This document shows, one piece after another, positions 20,483 to 30,097 of a stretch of 64,000 nt of DNA. The notes below the pieces were generated by a model that was not told the origin of the DNA, did no database searches, and saw nothing but the letters and a program-made list of their open reading frames with translations. Positions within the stretch are counted from its first letter, which is position 1. Every line of letters starts with the position of its first letter. The position numbers were made by a program, and so were the translations under genes. The stretch is taken from NCBI GenBank assembly GCA_964610465.1, contig CAZSWA010000002.1, positions 13,423-77,422 of the forward strand, given 5' to 3'. This DNA comes from an uncultured Gammaproteobacteria bacterium. GTDB lineage: Bacteria > Patescibacteriota > Microgenomatia > Levybacterales > UBA12049.

Positions 20483-20613
20483 TAAATAACCTTGCCTCGT
20501 TTTAATGATTTTTTCGCAAGCCGTAACTCCTCTATTCTATTCTGTTTTTTAAGTTCCCATAAAGCAAGTAAAACTGAAACTAGTGCAATAACGATAACAA
20601 TATAAATAAACAT
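20455..20613 (-). CDS. Small single-TM membrane protein
   Basis: MFIYIVIVIALVSVLLALW + basic tail; begins just after the upstream gene's stop. Confidence 0.6.
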   Translation of the reverse strand: MFIYIVIVIALVSVLLALWELKKQNRIEELRLAKKSLKRGKVIYHKDSSSSG

Positions 20614-20617
20614 GCTT

Positions 20618-21430
20618 TTAAAATAAAGTCGTATTTGTACTGTCTCTCCCGATTGTAATAACAATGTCTGCTATTGATTTCTGCGTTAGTTTTTCAGATG
20701 GCATTTGAAAAATTTGCATCAACTTGTGCAAAGTATACGACTCATTGCCATAATATGCAATGTATGTATCAGGATCTATATCTCTTGAAGTACTTACAGA
20801 CACTACATTAGCACCCATATTGTTAAGTATTCGTTCAAGTCGTGTTCCTATTCCTGCTACTCCACTTCCATTAATAATTTCAATACTGATATTTTCTTGT
20901 GAAATAGTAGCATCAGTAAATAATTCAGATATTACTTTGTCTAATTGTTGCATATCCATCGGAAGAGAAATATTTTCTTGTGAAACATTTACACTTTGGA
21001 TTTTTTGTGTAAGCAAAAACAATCTAAGTTTGTCAAACAATGATAATGAGCTTCTAAAGTTAGTATTAAATAGTACTTGTGAAGAAAAGGCATTGATATT
21101 TGTTGTATCGGGAATAGAGTTATTTGTTGTAACTACTGCGTCAGAAGCAATACCTAAAGTTCTTGCTATTGTTGACAGGGTCAATTTTGTACTATCTTTG
21201 ATAGTAAGAATAGATGCTGATGTAGTCTGAGGGTTAAATGAAACTACTTCATTTACCTTCTGGTTTTGTGAAAAGACTAGAGTAAATCTATGAGTACCGT
21301 CAAATTTGCTTTCTTTAATAACAAAAACTGTTTTAATAGCAAATGAACTAAGAATGAGAATAAGTACTACTGCACAAAAAACAATAAAAATGCGAAAAGT
21401 ATTTTTGGGAGACGTTGCTTTTTTAGGCAT
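20618..21430 (-). CDS. LytR C-terminal domain membrane protein
   Basis: N-terminal TM; IEIINGSGVAG.G...GANV; DIVITIG.D. Confidence 0.8.
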   Translation of the reverse strand: MPKKATSPKNTFRIFIVFCAVVLILILSSFAIKTVFVIKESKFDGTHRFTLVFSQNQKVNEVVSFNPQTTSASILTIKDSTKLTLSTIARTLGIASDAVVTTNNSIPDTTNINAFSSQVLFNTNFRSSLSLFDKLRLFLLTQKIQSVNVSQENISLPMDMQQLDKVISELFTDATISQENISIEIINGSGVAGIGTRLERILNNMGANVVSVSTSRDIDPDTYIAYYGNESYTLHKLMQIFQMPSEKLTQKSIADIVITIGRDSTNTTLF

Positions 21431-21440
21431 TATATCTATT

Positions 21441-22211
21441 TTACGCTTGAATGAGGTTGTTTTTCAAGAATTCATCAAGCTCATCTGGCAACAGACTTTC
21501 AAATGATAATTGTATGTGGCTTGTCGGGTGAGTAAAAGAAATTTTTGCCGCATGGAGAAATACTCTTCCCAATATTTTTCTATCTCGCTTCATTGTTTTT
21601 CTCCCGGCATAGAGAAAATCAGAAAAAATTGGATATCCCGCATATTTAAGATGTACTCTGATTTGGTGAGTCCTCCCTGTTTGCGGATAGAGTTCAAGAA
21701 AGCTTAATGTTTCATTCTCTTTTGTTTGGTAATATCTAAGTACTTTGTACTCCGTAACTGACTCCCGCCCACCAGGAATTATTCCAAAGCGTTTTCTATT
21801 CCATGGCAGTCGTCCAACAGGAACATTTATCTCCCCTGTTTGAGGAATTGTTTTTCCATGTGCTAATGCAACATATGCTTTTTTGACAACTCTTTCTTTA
21901 AATTGTTTCTGTAAATCTTCAAATGCTCTAGGAGTTTTCGCAAGTAATAAAATACCTGATGTCTCTTTATCCAATCTATGTACCACTCCTCCCCTTTTAT
22001 AAAAATCTGATGTTTCTTTCTCAGGAGACGATAATTTAAGATTGGTAATCTTTTGTTCTGCCCAATCTTGCACAGTAACTTCATTTTTTGTAGTATCAGC
22101 TTTGTTTACTGTTATTCCGGCAGGTTTATCAATGACTAGAAGATCATCGTCTTCATAGATGATCTTTATCCTGTCTTCAATATTTTTTTGAGTCTCCATA
22201 TGTTTATTCAA
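21441..22211 (-). CDS. RluA/RluD-family pseudouridine synthase
   Basis: IDKPAG, HRLDKETSG, TGRTHQIRVH, LHA. Confidence 0.95.
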   Translation of the reverse strand: MNKHMETQKNIEDRIKIIYEDDDLLVIDKPAGITVNKADTTKNEVTVQDWAEQKITNLKLSSPEKETSDFYKRGGVVHRLDKETSGILLLAKTPRAFEDLQKQFKERVVKKAYVALAHGKTIPQTGEINVPVGRLPWNRKRFGIIPGGRESVTEYKVLRYYQTKENETLSFLELYPQTGRTHQIRVHLKYAGYPIFSDFLYAGRKTMKRDRKILGRVFLHAAKISFTHPTSHIQLSFESLLPDELDEFLKNNLIQA

Positions 22212-22263
22212 GAACTAAGAAAGTGAAAAATTAATAAATCCTGCTTCATGATTTTCTTGATTC

Positions 22264-22947
22264 TTACTTTTTGTTTCTCGTTGTTCTATGCTCTTGTTTC
22301 ATCAAAAGAATAAGACTAAGCAGAAATAAACTCACCATAAAAAAATCATCTATTTTCATGAATAAAAATATCCCGTTGACCGGATTTAGCATTGAAGAAA
22401 GGATTGATGCTGCTGAAAAAGAAAGTAAGAAGAGAATACTCAAACTGCCTTCTCTGAGATTTCCGCTTAACAATCTTGGATAGAGTATTTTTATAAAAAA
22501 CGCAGTTAAGATAAGATAAAGAATGCCTGAAACAAGTGTCAAAAGGATGTCTCCTTTTGCAACAAAAAACGCATTCCCTATAAAAAGAATTGGTAGAACA
22601 GATAGAAATGAAAGAGAAAAGAAGTCAAAAACTCGACCCAGGGGCAACTTATCTTTTCTGCTAATAAGATACAAACAGATAGCAGCTCCCAACACTCCAC
22701 CGGTAAGTGATAATCCATTTATAGACGATGAAAAAAGCTCCATAAAAGAATTTTGTTCTTTTGAGGCATGTAAAACGAGATAGAAAAAACGAGCAAAAAT
22801 AAAACCTCCAAAAGTAATAAGGAATGCAATGTCGAAGATTTTTTCCATAGAGATATTTTTTCTCATGAAGACAAAATCTTCCTTACCCAATTTGTAAATT
22901 CCAAAAAGAAAGATAAAAAAAATGATAAATAGTAATAAAAATTGCAT
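22264..22947 (-). CDS. Lgt-like membrane protein (divergent)
   Basis: GGFIFARFFY, GLSLTGG, R.FD pattern; multi-TM. Confidence 0.6.
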   Translation of the reverse strand: MQFLLLFIIFFIFLFGIYKLGKEDFVFMRKNISMEKIFDIAFLITFGGFIFARFFYLVLHASKEQNSFMELFSSSINGLSLTGGVLGAAICLYLISRKDKLPLGRVFDFFSLSFLSVLPILFIGNAFFVAKGDILLTLVSGILYLILTAFFIKILYPRLLSGNLREGSLSILFLLSFSAASILSSMLNPVNGIFLFMKIDDFFMVSLFLLSLILLMKQEHRTTRNKK

Positions 22948-22948
22948 A

Positions 22949-24205
22949 TTATTTCCAAAAAACTCTTACTAAACTGAGTAATAAGAGTAATACTCCTATG
23001 CCTGTAATTACTGCTCCAACTCCAATTAAATCTGAAAGTCCTCCTACAATTATAATAGGAAGAAGGGAAAAAATTCCAACTATTGTATTCATAAATCCAT
23101 AAACTTTCCCCCGAAATTCATCTGAGGTTTTTTCTTGAAGGATAGTATTTGCTGGTACAAAAACTAATGCATTTGCAAAACCAAGAATAAATGCCAAAAA
23201 CGTCATAATATGAAGGATATTGATTTGGAGGAAATGAGGAAGATATACATTAATGTCATGCACAAAATCTCGCGATGTCACTCTTGATCCATATGGCAAA
23301 AATAGCATTGCAATTCCTGAAAAAAATATTCCCCAGGTAATAATATTTTTCTTAGGATGCATATGGAAAAAATTTACTACGGCCATTGCACCAATTACCA
23401 TTCCGAGTGCTGCAGGAGTAACAAAAATTATCGGGAATTCCTCAACACGAATACCCAAGACTTGACTTGCATATCCTGGAGCAATAGTCGCAACCAAAAG
23501 AATAAGAATTTGAGACAATGCCAGAAGAAAAAGCGTATTGTAAATTTCGCGTGTACGCGCCATCATTGATAATGCGTATCGTATGTCTTGAATAATATTA
23601 AGCTTTTCATCTAGCTGCTCTTTTTCTTTCGTACTAAGTATGCGAATCATTGAGATAAAAATTCCACCAACAACGAGCATAAAAGCAAGAACGATAAGTG
23701 TCTTTGTATCTCCCAAAAGTAAAATTAACGGACCTGAAAGAACATAAGCAATAAGTATTGAACCATAAATACCCATGCCAAAAAGCGCATTTGCTGAAAG
23801 AAGAAGTCTATTATCAACAACTAATGGAATGATAGGAGTTTCAGCAGGAATAAAAAACTGGGTTAGAACCGAAAATACAAACGAAATAAAGTAAATCAAG
23901 AAAAGATTATGAATAGAAAATACGAGAACAAGAAGAAGTAAGGCTCGTGCAATATTGGTAATAATAAGAACTTTTTTTTTACTCCATCTATCAACAAATA
24001 CTCCGGCTAATGATCCAAAGAGAATTGCCGGAATAGTGAATGAAATAACAATCCCTGATACTGCAGTATTTGAATGTGCTATTTTAAATACAACAAGTAT
24101 CAGGAAAAAGTTAAAAAGATTGACTGCTATTTGAGTGAACACTTCCCCTATCCAAAGATAGAGAAATGATTTTTCCGTGAGAGCACGAAAAATGTTGCTT
24201 TTCAT
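22949..24205 (-). CDS. MFS transporter (DHA3/MefA-like)
   Basis: AGVFVDRWSKK motif A, FRGKV, ~12 TM; start placed at ATG 24205. Confidence 0.9.
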   Translation of the reverse strand: MKSNIFRALTEKSFLYLWIGEVFTQIAVNLFNFFLILVVFKIAHSNTAVSGIVISFTIPAILFGSLAGVFVDRWSKKKVLIITNIARALLLLVLVFSIHNLFLIYFISFVFSVLTQFFIPAETPIIPLVVDNRLLLSANALFGMGIYGSILIAYVLSGPLILLLGDTKTLIVLAFMLVVGGIFISMIRILSTKEKEQLDEKLNIIQDIRYALSMMARTREIYNTLFLLALSQILILLVATIAPGYASQVLGIRVEEFPIIFVTPAALGMVIGAMAVVNFFHMHPKKNIITWGIFFSGIAMLFLPYGSRVTSRDFVHDINVYLPHFLQINILHIMTFLAFILGFANALVFVPANTILQEKTSDEFRGKVYGFMNTIVGIFSLLPIIIVGGLSDLIGVGAVITGIGVLLLLLSLVRVFWK

Positions 24206-24206
24206 T

Positions 24207-24761
24207 TTATGCTTTTTCGCAATATGCACCTGTACGGGTATCGACACGAATGGAATCATTCGTATCTATAAAAAGAGGCACTTTTGTTGTAATACCATTT
24301 TCAAGTACTGCGTCTTTGAAAACATTGGTTGCTGAATTCCCTCGAATTGATGGTCCTGTCTCCAGCACTTTAAAAACCATTTTGGGCGGGAATAAAACAG
24401 AGAGTGCCTCTCCTTCCAAAAAGCTTATGGTAAAACTCTCCCCTTCTTTAAGATACTGATTGTCAGGAATTATTGCAAGTGAGATGGAAACTTGTTCAAA
24501 TGTATCAGGATTCATAAAGTAGGCAAAATCATCATCTTTATAGAGATACTGCATATCTCTTTTTTGAACCTGTACATCATCAACTTTTGCACCGTTTATG
24601 TAACTTTTTTCAGTTGTTGAACCGCTTTTGAGGTTTTTCACCTTGACTTTAATATTGGCTGATCCTCTTCCCATTTTGATATGTTCATAAGACACAACCT
24701 GCAGAAGCTGTCCGTTTTCTCTATATGTTGTTCCAGCACGAAGCTCTGTAACGGATATCAT
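24207..24761 (-). CDS. efp: Elongation factor P
   Basis: HIKMGRG loop, YLYKD, VPLFI, VDTRTG.Y. Confidence 0.96.
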   Translation of the reverse strand: MISVTELRAGTTYRENGQLLQVVSYEHIKMGRGSANIKVKVKNLKSGSTTEKSYINGAKVDDVQVQKRDMQYLYKDDDFAYFMNPDTFEQVSISLAIIPDNQYLKEGESFTISFLEGEALSVLFPPKMVFKVLETGPSIRGNSATNVFKDAVLENGITTKVPLFIDTNDSIRVDTRTGAYCEKA

Positions 24762-24928
24762 AGGACTCTATTTTACCAGAAAAGGAGTATGTATTACAAA
24801 TCTATACAGCAACAGTACAAAGTATAAAACAAAAATTGATTTTTATTTTCAAACTGCTATTTTACACTTTTCGCTTTGCATTTTGCGCTACCTTAAATTG
24901 GGAGATAATAGAAGATTATTTTAGTTGA

Positions 24929-26446
24929 CTAATTTTCTCTTAACAAATTAAGCACCGTTCTTACTCCATGTCCTGTTGCACCTTTTGGACCCAAATCACT
25001 TGGTCTAGTAAGAAATGCCGGCCCTGCAATATCAAGATGAACCCATGGTTTGTTGTCTACAAATTCTTCCAAGAAAAGTCCTGCTGCGATTGCTCCTGCA
25101 GCATATCTTGAGTTTGGAATATTGGAGATATCTGCGACATCACTTTTATTGAGTTCTTTGTATTCTTTTTCAAGTGGTAACTCCCACATTTTTTCTCCTG
25201 CATCAAATGCTGCAGCTTTTACTTTTTCAGCCAAATCACGATTGTTTGAAAACAGACCGGTAATATCATTTCCAAGCGCTACAATACATGCGCCTGTGAG
25301 TGTAGCAAAATCTATAAGCTCTGTTGCTCCTTCTTTCACAGCATAAGACAAACTGTCAGCCATTGTCACTCTACCTTCTGCATCAGTATTAAGAATTTCA
25401 ATTGTTTTACCATTGTATGCACGGGCTACATCACCTGGCACAGTGGATGTTCCTGAAATAAGATTTGGAGTGGCAGCAATAAGTCCCATCACTGGAAAAT
25501 CCGGTTGAATATCTGAAATCACTGAGAAAACTCCCAACACAATAGCAGCTCCTGACATATCGCATTTCATTGTCATCATGCTATCTGGCGGTTTGAGAGA
25601 AATTCCTCCACTATCAAATGTTATTCCCTTTCCTATCAGTGCAAGCTTTTTTTTACTCTTTCCTTTTTGTGTTGTGTACTCAAGATGGATAAATTTCGGT
25701 GGAGTATCAGCAGCTTGCGCAATAGAAAGAAACGCTCCCATACCCATTTTTTTTGCTTCATCTTTGTCAATAATTCTGCATTTGATATGTTTGGGGTTGG
25801 ATTTGGCAATATCGACTGCCAAATTGGCAAGAAAAGTAGGTGTTGCGACATTTGCCGGCTCGTTAACCAAGTCACGTGCCAAGATAGTCGCTTGAGAATA
25901 TAATTCTGCAGTCTTAATCGCATCCCGTATTTCTTTTTTCTCAGACTCTTTTTTGGCTGAAATGATAACTGATGCAAATTCTTTTGTCTCTTTTGATTTC
26001 TCTCTGTATTTATTAAATTCATATACGCCAAGAAGCAATCCTTCCGCTATTACATGAGAAAGCACTGTTAGGTCTGTTACTTTCTCCAAGTCTCCTGGTA
26101 TCACAAGAGACGCAGAGTCAATCAAGTGATTCATTCTTCCAGCAAAAACTCCCATTGCCCGGCGCAAGTCATCTGCGACAAATGTATCTTTTGCACCTAG
26201 TCCAATAACAAAGATTCTGGTTGGAACTATTTTTTTATTTGGGATAACAGATAAAATCTCTCCCCTTTTTCCGGTAAATTTGGAAAGTTTGGCGGCAGTA
26301 CTTAACTGTCCGGCTAATGCCTTATCCATATCCTGAAAACTGCCAAGCGGAACAAATGTTTGGTCTTTGGTATTTTGAAATGAAAATACAAGTGCAGCAT
26401 CTGAAGATATTTGAGAAAGTGGATTTTCTGAAAACTCAAAACGCAT
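24929..26446 (-). CDS. pepA: Leucyl aminopeptidase (M17)
   Basis: GKGITFDSGG, MKCDMSGA, NTDAEGR, ATLTGA, HLDIAG. Confidence 0.96.
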   Translation of the reverse strand: MRFEFSENPLSQISSDAALVFSFQNTKDQTFVPLGSFQDMDKALAGQLSTAAKLSKFTGKRGEILSVIPNKKIVPTRIFVIGLGAKDTFVADDLRRAMGVFAGRMNHLIDSASLVIPGDLEKVTDLTVLSHVIAEGLLLGVYEFNKYREKSKETKEFASVIISAKKESEKKEIRDAIKTAELYSQATILARDLVNEPANVATPTFLANLAVDIAKSNPKHIKCRIIDKDEAKKMGMGAFLSIAQAADTPPKFIHLEYTTQKGKSKKKLALIGKGITFDSGGISLKPPDSMMTMKCDMSGAAIVLGVFSVISDIQPDFPVMGLIAATPNLISGTSTVPGDVARAYNGKTIEILNTDAEGRVTMADSLSYAVKEGATELIDFATLTGACIVALGNDITGLFSNNRDLAEKVKAAAFDAGEKMWELPLEKEYKELNKSDVADISNIPNSRYAAGAIAAGLFLEEFVDNKPWVHLDIAGPAFLTRPSDLGPKGATGHGVRTVLNLLREN

Positions 26447-26517
26447 GTCGTAGGTATTGTAACACTATTTTTTTCAAAAATAAAGGCTAAAATGATATAA
26501 TACTAAAGTTACTTTCC

Positions 26518-26600
26518 GGGCGAGTGGCGGAATGGTATACGCGGTAGTCTCAAAAACTACTAGTCGCAAGGCTGTGTGGGTTCGACTCCCTCCTCGCCCA
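26518..26600 (+). tRNA. tRNA-Leu(CAA)
   Basis: GGGCGAG/CTCGCCC acceptor stem, GTAGT-CTCAAAA-ACTAC anticodon arm, long variable arm, GTTCGACTC T-loop. Confidence 0.95.
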
Positions 26601-27081
26601 CAACCAGGTTACCTGTCAGTTTATAGGCTTCATTTAATTGAAAAATTGACTTCATTTTATTAGTTATAGTGTTAGTTCGATACTTCAACTCATCATAAGT
26701 AGGTTTTGTCTTAAAAATAGCACCAAATAGTACTGCATTCTTGATAGGATCAGACCCATTTAGCAATGTATCTTCAAGATGTTCGAGAAAATAAAAGCAG
26801 CGATTTATGACAGTCTGAACATCTGATTGTTCAACATCCTTTCTTAGTTTCTCTTCTTGAATTTGCATTCTTTCTAACACAAGCTCCTCTAGCTTTTGTT
26901 CCTGTGCTCGGATTGCATGTATAGATGTAAGTCTCGGTAATGTTTCATTGATTAGTTGTTCTTCAGATTCAATATCTTTGAGTTTTTGTGTAAGAGATAT
27001 ACTGTCTTCGATTACTCTTCCTCTTTTCTTTTGCCAATCAGCAATTACCAACTCCTGTAGTCTTTTGAGAAATTTATCACT
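26560..27081 (-). pseudogene. Probable C-terminal remnant of a large serine recombinase, reading into the tRNA 3' end
   Basis: Coiled-coil region, no catalytic domain; C-terminus (VGEEGVEPT) is antisense tRNA sequence, typical of integrases at tRNA att sites; family call from memory. Confidence 0.55.
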
Positions 27082-27272
27082 TTGGAATAGTGTGAGGTTG
27101 TTTTGTCCATGCTTTGGATAGACCTACTTAACCTACTCATCATTTCAACAACTGCACCTTGTCCACGAAGTCCTGTATCTGCAACATCTGATAATTCTTC
27201 GTCAGTCAAATCACTCAAGACAGCACCACTTGGTACTTGCGATACTGCTCTTATCCTATATGTTTTACTCAT
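27045..27272 (-). CDS. Small hypothetical protein (3' end apparently fused to the recombinase remnant)
   Basis: TATAAT 6 nt before ATG; 3' end overlaps the remnant in another frame. Confidence 0.55.
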   Translation of the reverse strand: MSKTYRIRAVSQVPSGAVLSDLTDEELSDVADTGLRGQGAVVEMMSRLSRSIQSMDKTTSHYSKVINFSKDYRSW

Positions 27273-27334
27273 GGTGTAATTATACTACGCAGAAGAAAAT
27301 GATTGCAGTGCTATACAAACATCTATCGCAGTTT

Positions 27335-28216
27335 TTACAGAAGTGCACCTTTTAGAAGCCTAAATTCTTTCTTCGTGTTCCAAATGTCCAAGAGCTTTTC
27401 AAAATTCTCGTCAGGTTGTTGCATCAGCTTTGCTAGGTCATCTATCTCTTGTAACTTCTCCTCTGGGTTTTTTGAAAAACTTTGCAGCATAGCCAATTCT
27501 GGATGGTGAAGATACATGATTTCACTGTTCATAAGGCAATGGAAGTCATAGAAAAGTTGCCAAGCAATAGTTATGAGTCCCTTAAATCCTCCTGCATTGT
27601 TAAAGTAGCTACCATCTCTTCTTTTTTCTCTTACAGCAAGCCATGCATCTGCTGACCACTCAAATTTTCCTTCTGGGATGTCATACATATCAAATCCAGT
27701 TCTATGCAAGCTACCATCCACATCCATTGTTATCCACCTATCTTCTGTCTTGTTCCAGTACTGAGTTATCCAATGATCCCATGCTACTTTCTCTCCTTCA
27801 AAATATCCTGCAAATCCAGCTCGTACTCTTGCAGGTATCGTCTTTGCTTTAAGAATTGATGCCATAAGAATAGAGACATATCTGCATGTTAGCACAACCT
27901 TATCTTCAACTTTTCTATCCATAGTCAGTCCATTTTGATCTCTTCTAAAAAATTCTGCAAGCATAGCAGCAGTTGTTGCTAGGTTATCATCCTCTGCTTG
28001 TCTGTACCAAGGAACTTTTGTCATATCTCCATATTTCAAGTCTGCATTTGTCCCAACATTACCAGCAGCAAGGGTTGTGCGGTGAATGAAGTTTTTCCGA
28101 AGTAGTAAGCCTAGTTCTCTGACATCATCAGGAAGGGTTTTCAAATAGTCTTCATATAAACCAGGGTAAGTAAACAATCCATATTCAAGGTAGTGGTCTA
28201 TGACTTTTTGTTGCAT
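27335..28216 (-). CDS. Transglutaminase-like (Cys-His-Asp) protein
   Basis: TCRYVSIL...IPARVRAGFA.YF, DHWITQYWN, W...D.D. Confidence 0.85.
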   Translation of the reverse strand: MQQKVIDHYLEYGLFTYPGLYEDYLKTLPDDVRELGLLLRKNFIHRTTLAAGNVGTNADLKYGDMTKVPWYRQAEDDNLATTAAMLAEFFRRDQNGLTMDRKVEDKVVLTCRYVSILMASILKAKTIPARVRAGFAGYFEGEKVAWDHWITQYWNKTEDRWITMDVDGSLHRTGFDMYDIPEGKFEWSADAWLAVREKRRDGSYFNNAGGFKGLITIAWQLFYDFHCLMNSEIMYLHHPELAMLQSFSKNPEEKLQEIDDLAKLMQQPDENFEKLLDIWNTKKEFRLLKGALL

Positions 28217-28376
28217 TAAGTAAGTATAGCATGACAGAAAAGTCTAGGCTAAAAATAAAGGATACTGTAGTTGTTCAAATAACTGATTCATGCTCAAGAA
28301 ATCTTCTATCAATTGGTTCGAGAATGAGCCCTGACTGTCCACTTAATTTCGCCCGGCTTTCAAAAACTCGTGAGGG

Positions 28377-28952
28377 TTAAAAAATAGTTATTCCAAACTT
28401 CTTGAGTTCCCTTGCCAGTGCAAATAAAGGAAGACCTACTACATTAAAGTAATCTCCTTCTATTTTCTCAACAAATACCACTCCTATTCCTTGTATCGCA
28501 TACGCGCCGGCTTTGTCTAAGAGATTTTCTTTCTCTATATAACTTCGTATTTCTTTCTCCTGCAGATTTTTAAAAAAAACTTTTGTTTCAACTGATTTGG
28601 TTATTTTTTTTTGATTTTCTGTGTCCAAAATAGTAAACCCTGTAATAACGGTATGTACTTTTCCACTTAATTTTTTAAGAATTCTTCTTGCATCCCTCCC
28701 ATCTTGCGGTTTGACTAGTACTTCATCTTCCAAAGCAATTATTGTATCTGCTGCAATGATAATTGCGTCATTATACTTTGCGGCAACAGCTTTGGCTTTT
28801 TCTTTTGAAAGCAGTTCTGCTTGCCCTTTGGGTTTAAGTCTTGGATTGAGCTTTTCTTCTATCTCACTTGGAACTACTTCAAAATCGATATCAAGTTGTT
28901 TCAACAACCGTTTACGCCTTGGAGATTCTGATGCTAAAATAATTCTTCTCAT
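28377..28952 (-). CDS. maf: Maf nucleotide pyrophosphatase
   Basis: LASESPRR, AADT, DKAGAY.IQ, NVVGLP. Confidence 0.96.
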   Translation of the reverse strand: MRRIILASESPRRKRLLKQLDIDFEVVPSEIEEKLNPRLKPKGQAELLSKEKAKAVAAKYNDAIIIAADTIIALEDEVLVKPQDGRDARRILKKLSGKVHTVITGFTILDTENQKKITKSVETKVFFKNLQEKEIRSYIEKENLLDKAGAYAIQGIGVVFVEKIEGDYFNVVGLPLFALARELKKFGITIF

Positions 28953-28978
28953 GCTTTCTTTGTCTCAAATTTCGGATT

Positions 28979-30064
28979 TTATTTATATGAAGTTTTAAGC
29001 TTTTGTTCTCTCTGAAAGCGTTCAATTGCTAAATCAATAAGTCTATCAATAAGTTCAGAATATGAGATCCCACTTGCTTCCCAAAGTTTTGGATACATAC
29101 TTATTCTGGTAAACCCAGGAATCGTATTAACTTCATTTACATATATCTTTCCATTTTGAAGAAACATATCAACTCGGCTCATACCTTCACCACAAAGTGT
29201 TTTAAAAGCTTTAAGTGCAATTGCTTGAATTCGTCTTACTATATCCTTATCAAGCTTCGCAGGTATCTCAAGAATGGCTCCATTTTCATCAAGGTATTTG
29301 GCTTCATATGAATAGAATCCTTTCTGAGGAATTACTTCACCTGGAAGTGAAGCAATTGGATGTTCATTTCCTAAAACTGAGCATTCTATTTCACGGCCAT
29401 GTATACATTCTTCAATAAGTAGTTTCCTGTCAAACTGAAACGCTTCCTCCACTGCTTTTCTAAGCTCTGACTCATTTTGTACTTTGGAAACTCCAACCGA
29501 TGAACCTAAATTTGCGGGTTTTACAAAGACTGGAAGACCTAACTCTTTTTTTACTCTTTCAAAATTAATCTGCTCTCTGTCTTGCTCTTCATAAACCAGA
29601 AATTTCGCAATTGGCAGCCCTGCATCCCGAAGAAGACGTTTCATTATGTCTTTATCCATACCAACAGCTGAAGCCAAAATACCTGCACCAACATACGGGA
29701 CATTGATAAGTTTTAACAATCCCTGTACACTACCATCCTCTCCATATGGTCCATGCAAAACTGGAAACACTACATCCAAAGCATTTATTACCTGAGTAAT
29801 GCTCGTATTTGCCCTTGGCTTAAGAGATTTTACTGCATTCTCAGCCAATCGTGCAGGTTGCAAAAGGACATCACTGGAGGATTCTGAAATTTCTTTCAGA
29901 GACAATGTGTTATGCCATTTGCCTTTCTTATCAATTCCTATGAGAACAATGTCATACTTCTTTTTGTCTATTGCGTCATACACATTTTCAGCTGATTGAA
30001 GTGAAATTTCATGTTCCGCTGACCTGCCGCCAAACAAAATCGCAATTCGTTTCTTTCTTTTCAT
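28979..30064 (-). CDS. ddl: D-alanine--D-alanine ligase
   Basis: GGRSAEHEIS, LHGPYGEDG, GSSVG, NEVNTIPG. Confidence 0.97.
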   Translation of the reverse strand: MKRKKRIAILFGGRSAEHEISLQSAENVYDAIDKKKYDIVLIGIDKKGKWHNTLSLKEISESSSDVLLQPARLAENAVKSLKPRANTSITQVINALDVVFPVLHGPYGEDGSVQGLLKLINVPYVGAGILASAVGMDKDIMKRLLRDAGLPIAKFLVYEEQDREQINFERVKKELGLPVFVKPANLGSSVGVSKVQNESELRKAVEEAFQFDRKLLIEECIHGREIECSVLGNEHPIASLPGEVIPQKGFYSYEAKYLDENGAILEIPAKLDKDIVRRIQAIALKAFKTLCGEGMSRVDMFLQNGKIYVNEVNTIPGFTRISMYPKLWEASGISYSELIDRLIDLAIERFQREQKLKTSYK

Positions 30065-30097
30065 ACCTTTAAACTAAACGGTATACATAACACGCTC

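Noticed and set aside
28310-28376. Possible attR copy of the tRNA-Leu 3' end
   Set aside because: Only 6-bp matches (GGTTCG, TCGCCC); too short to support
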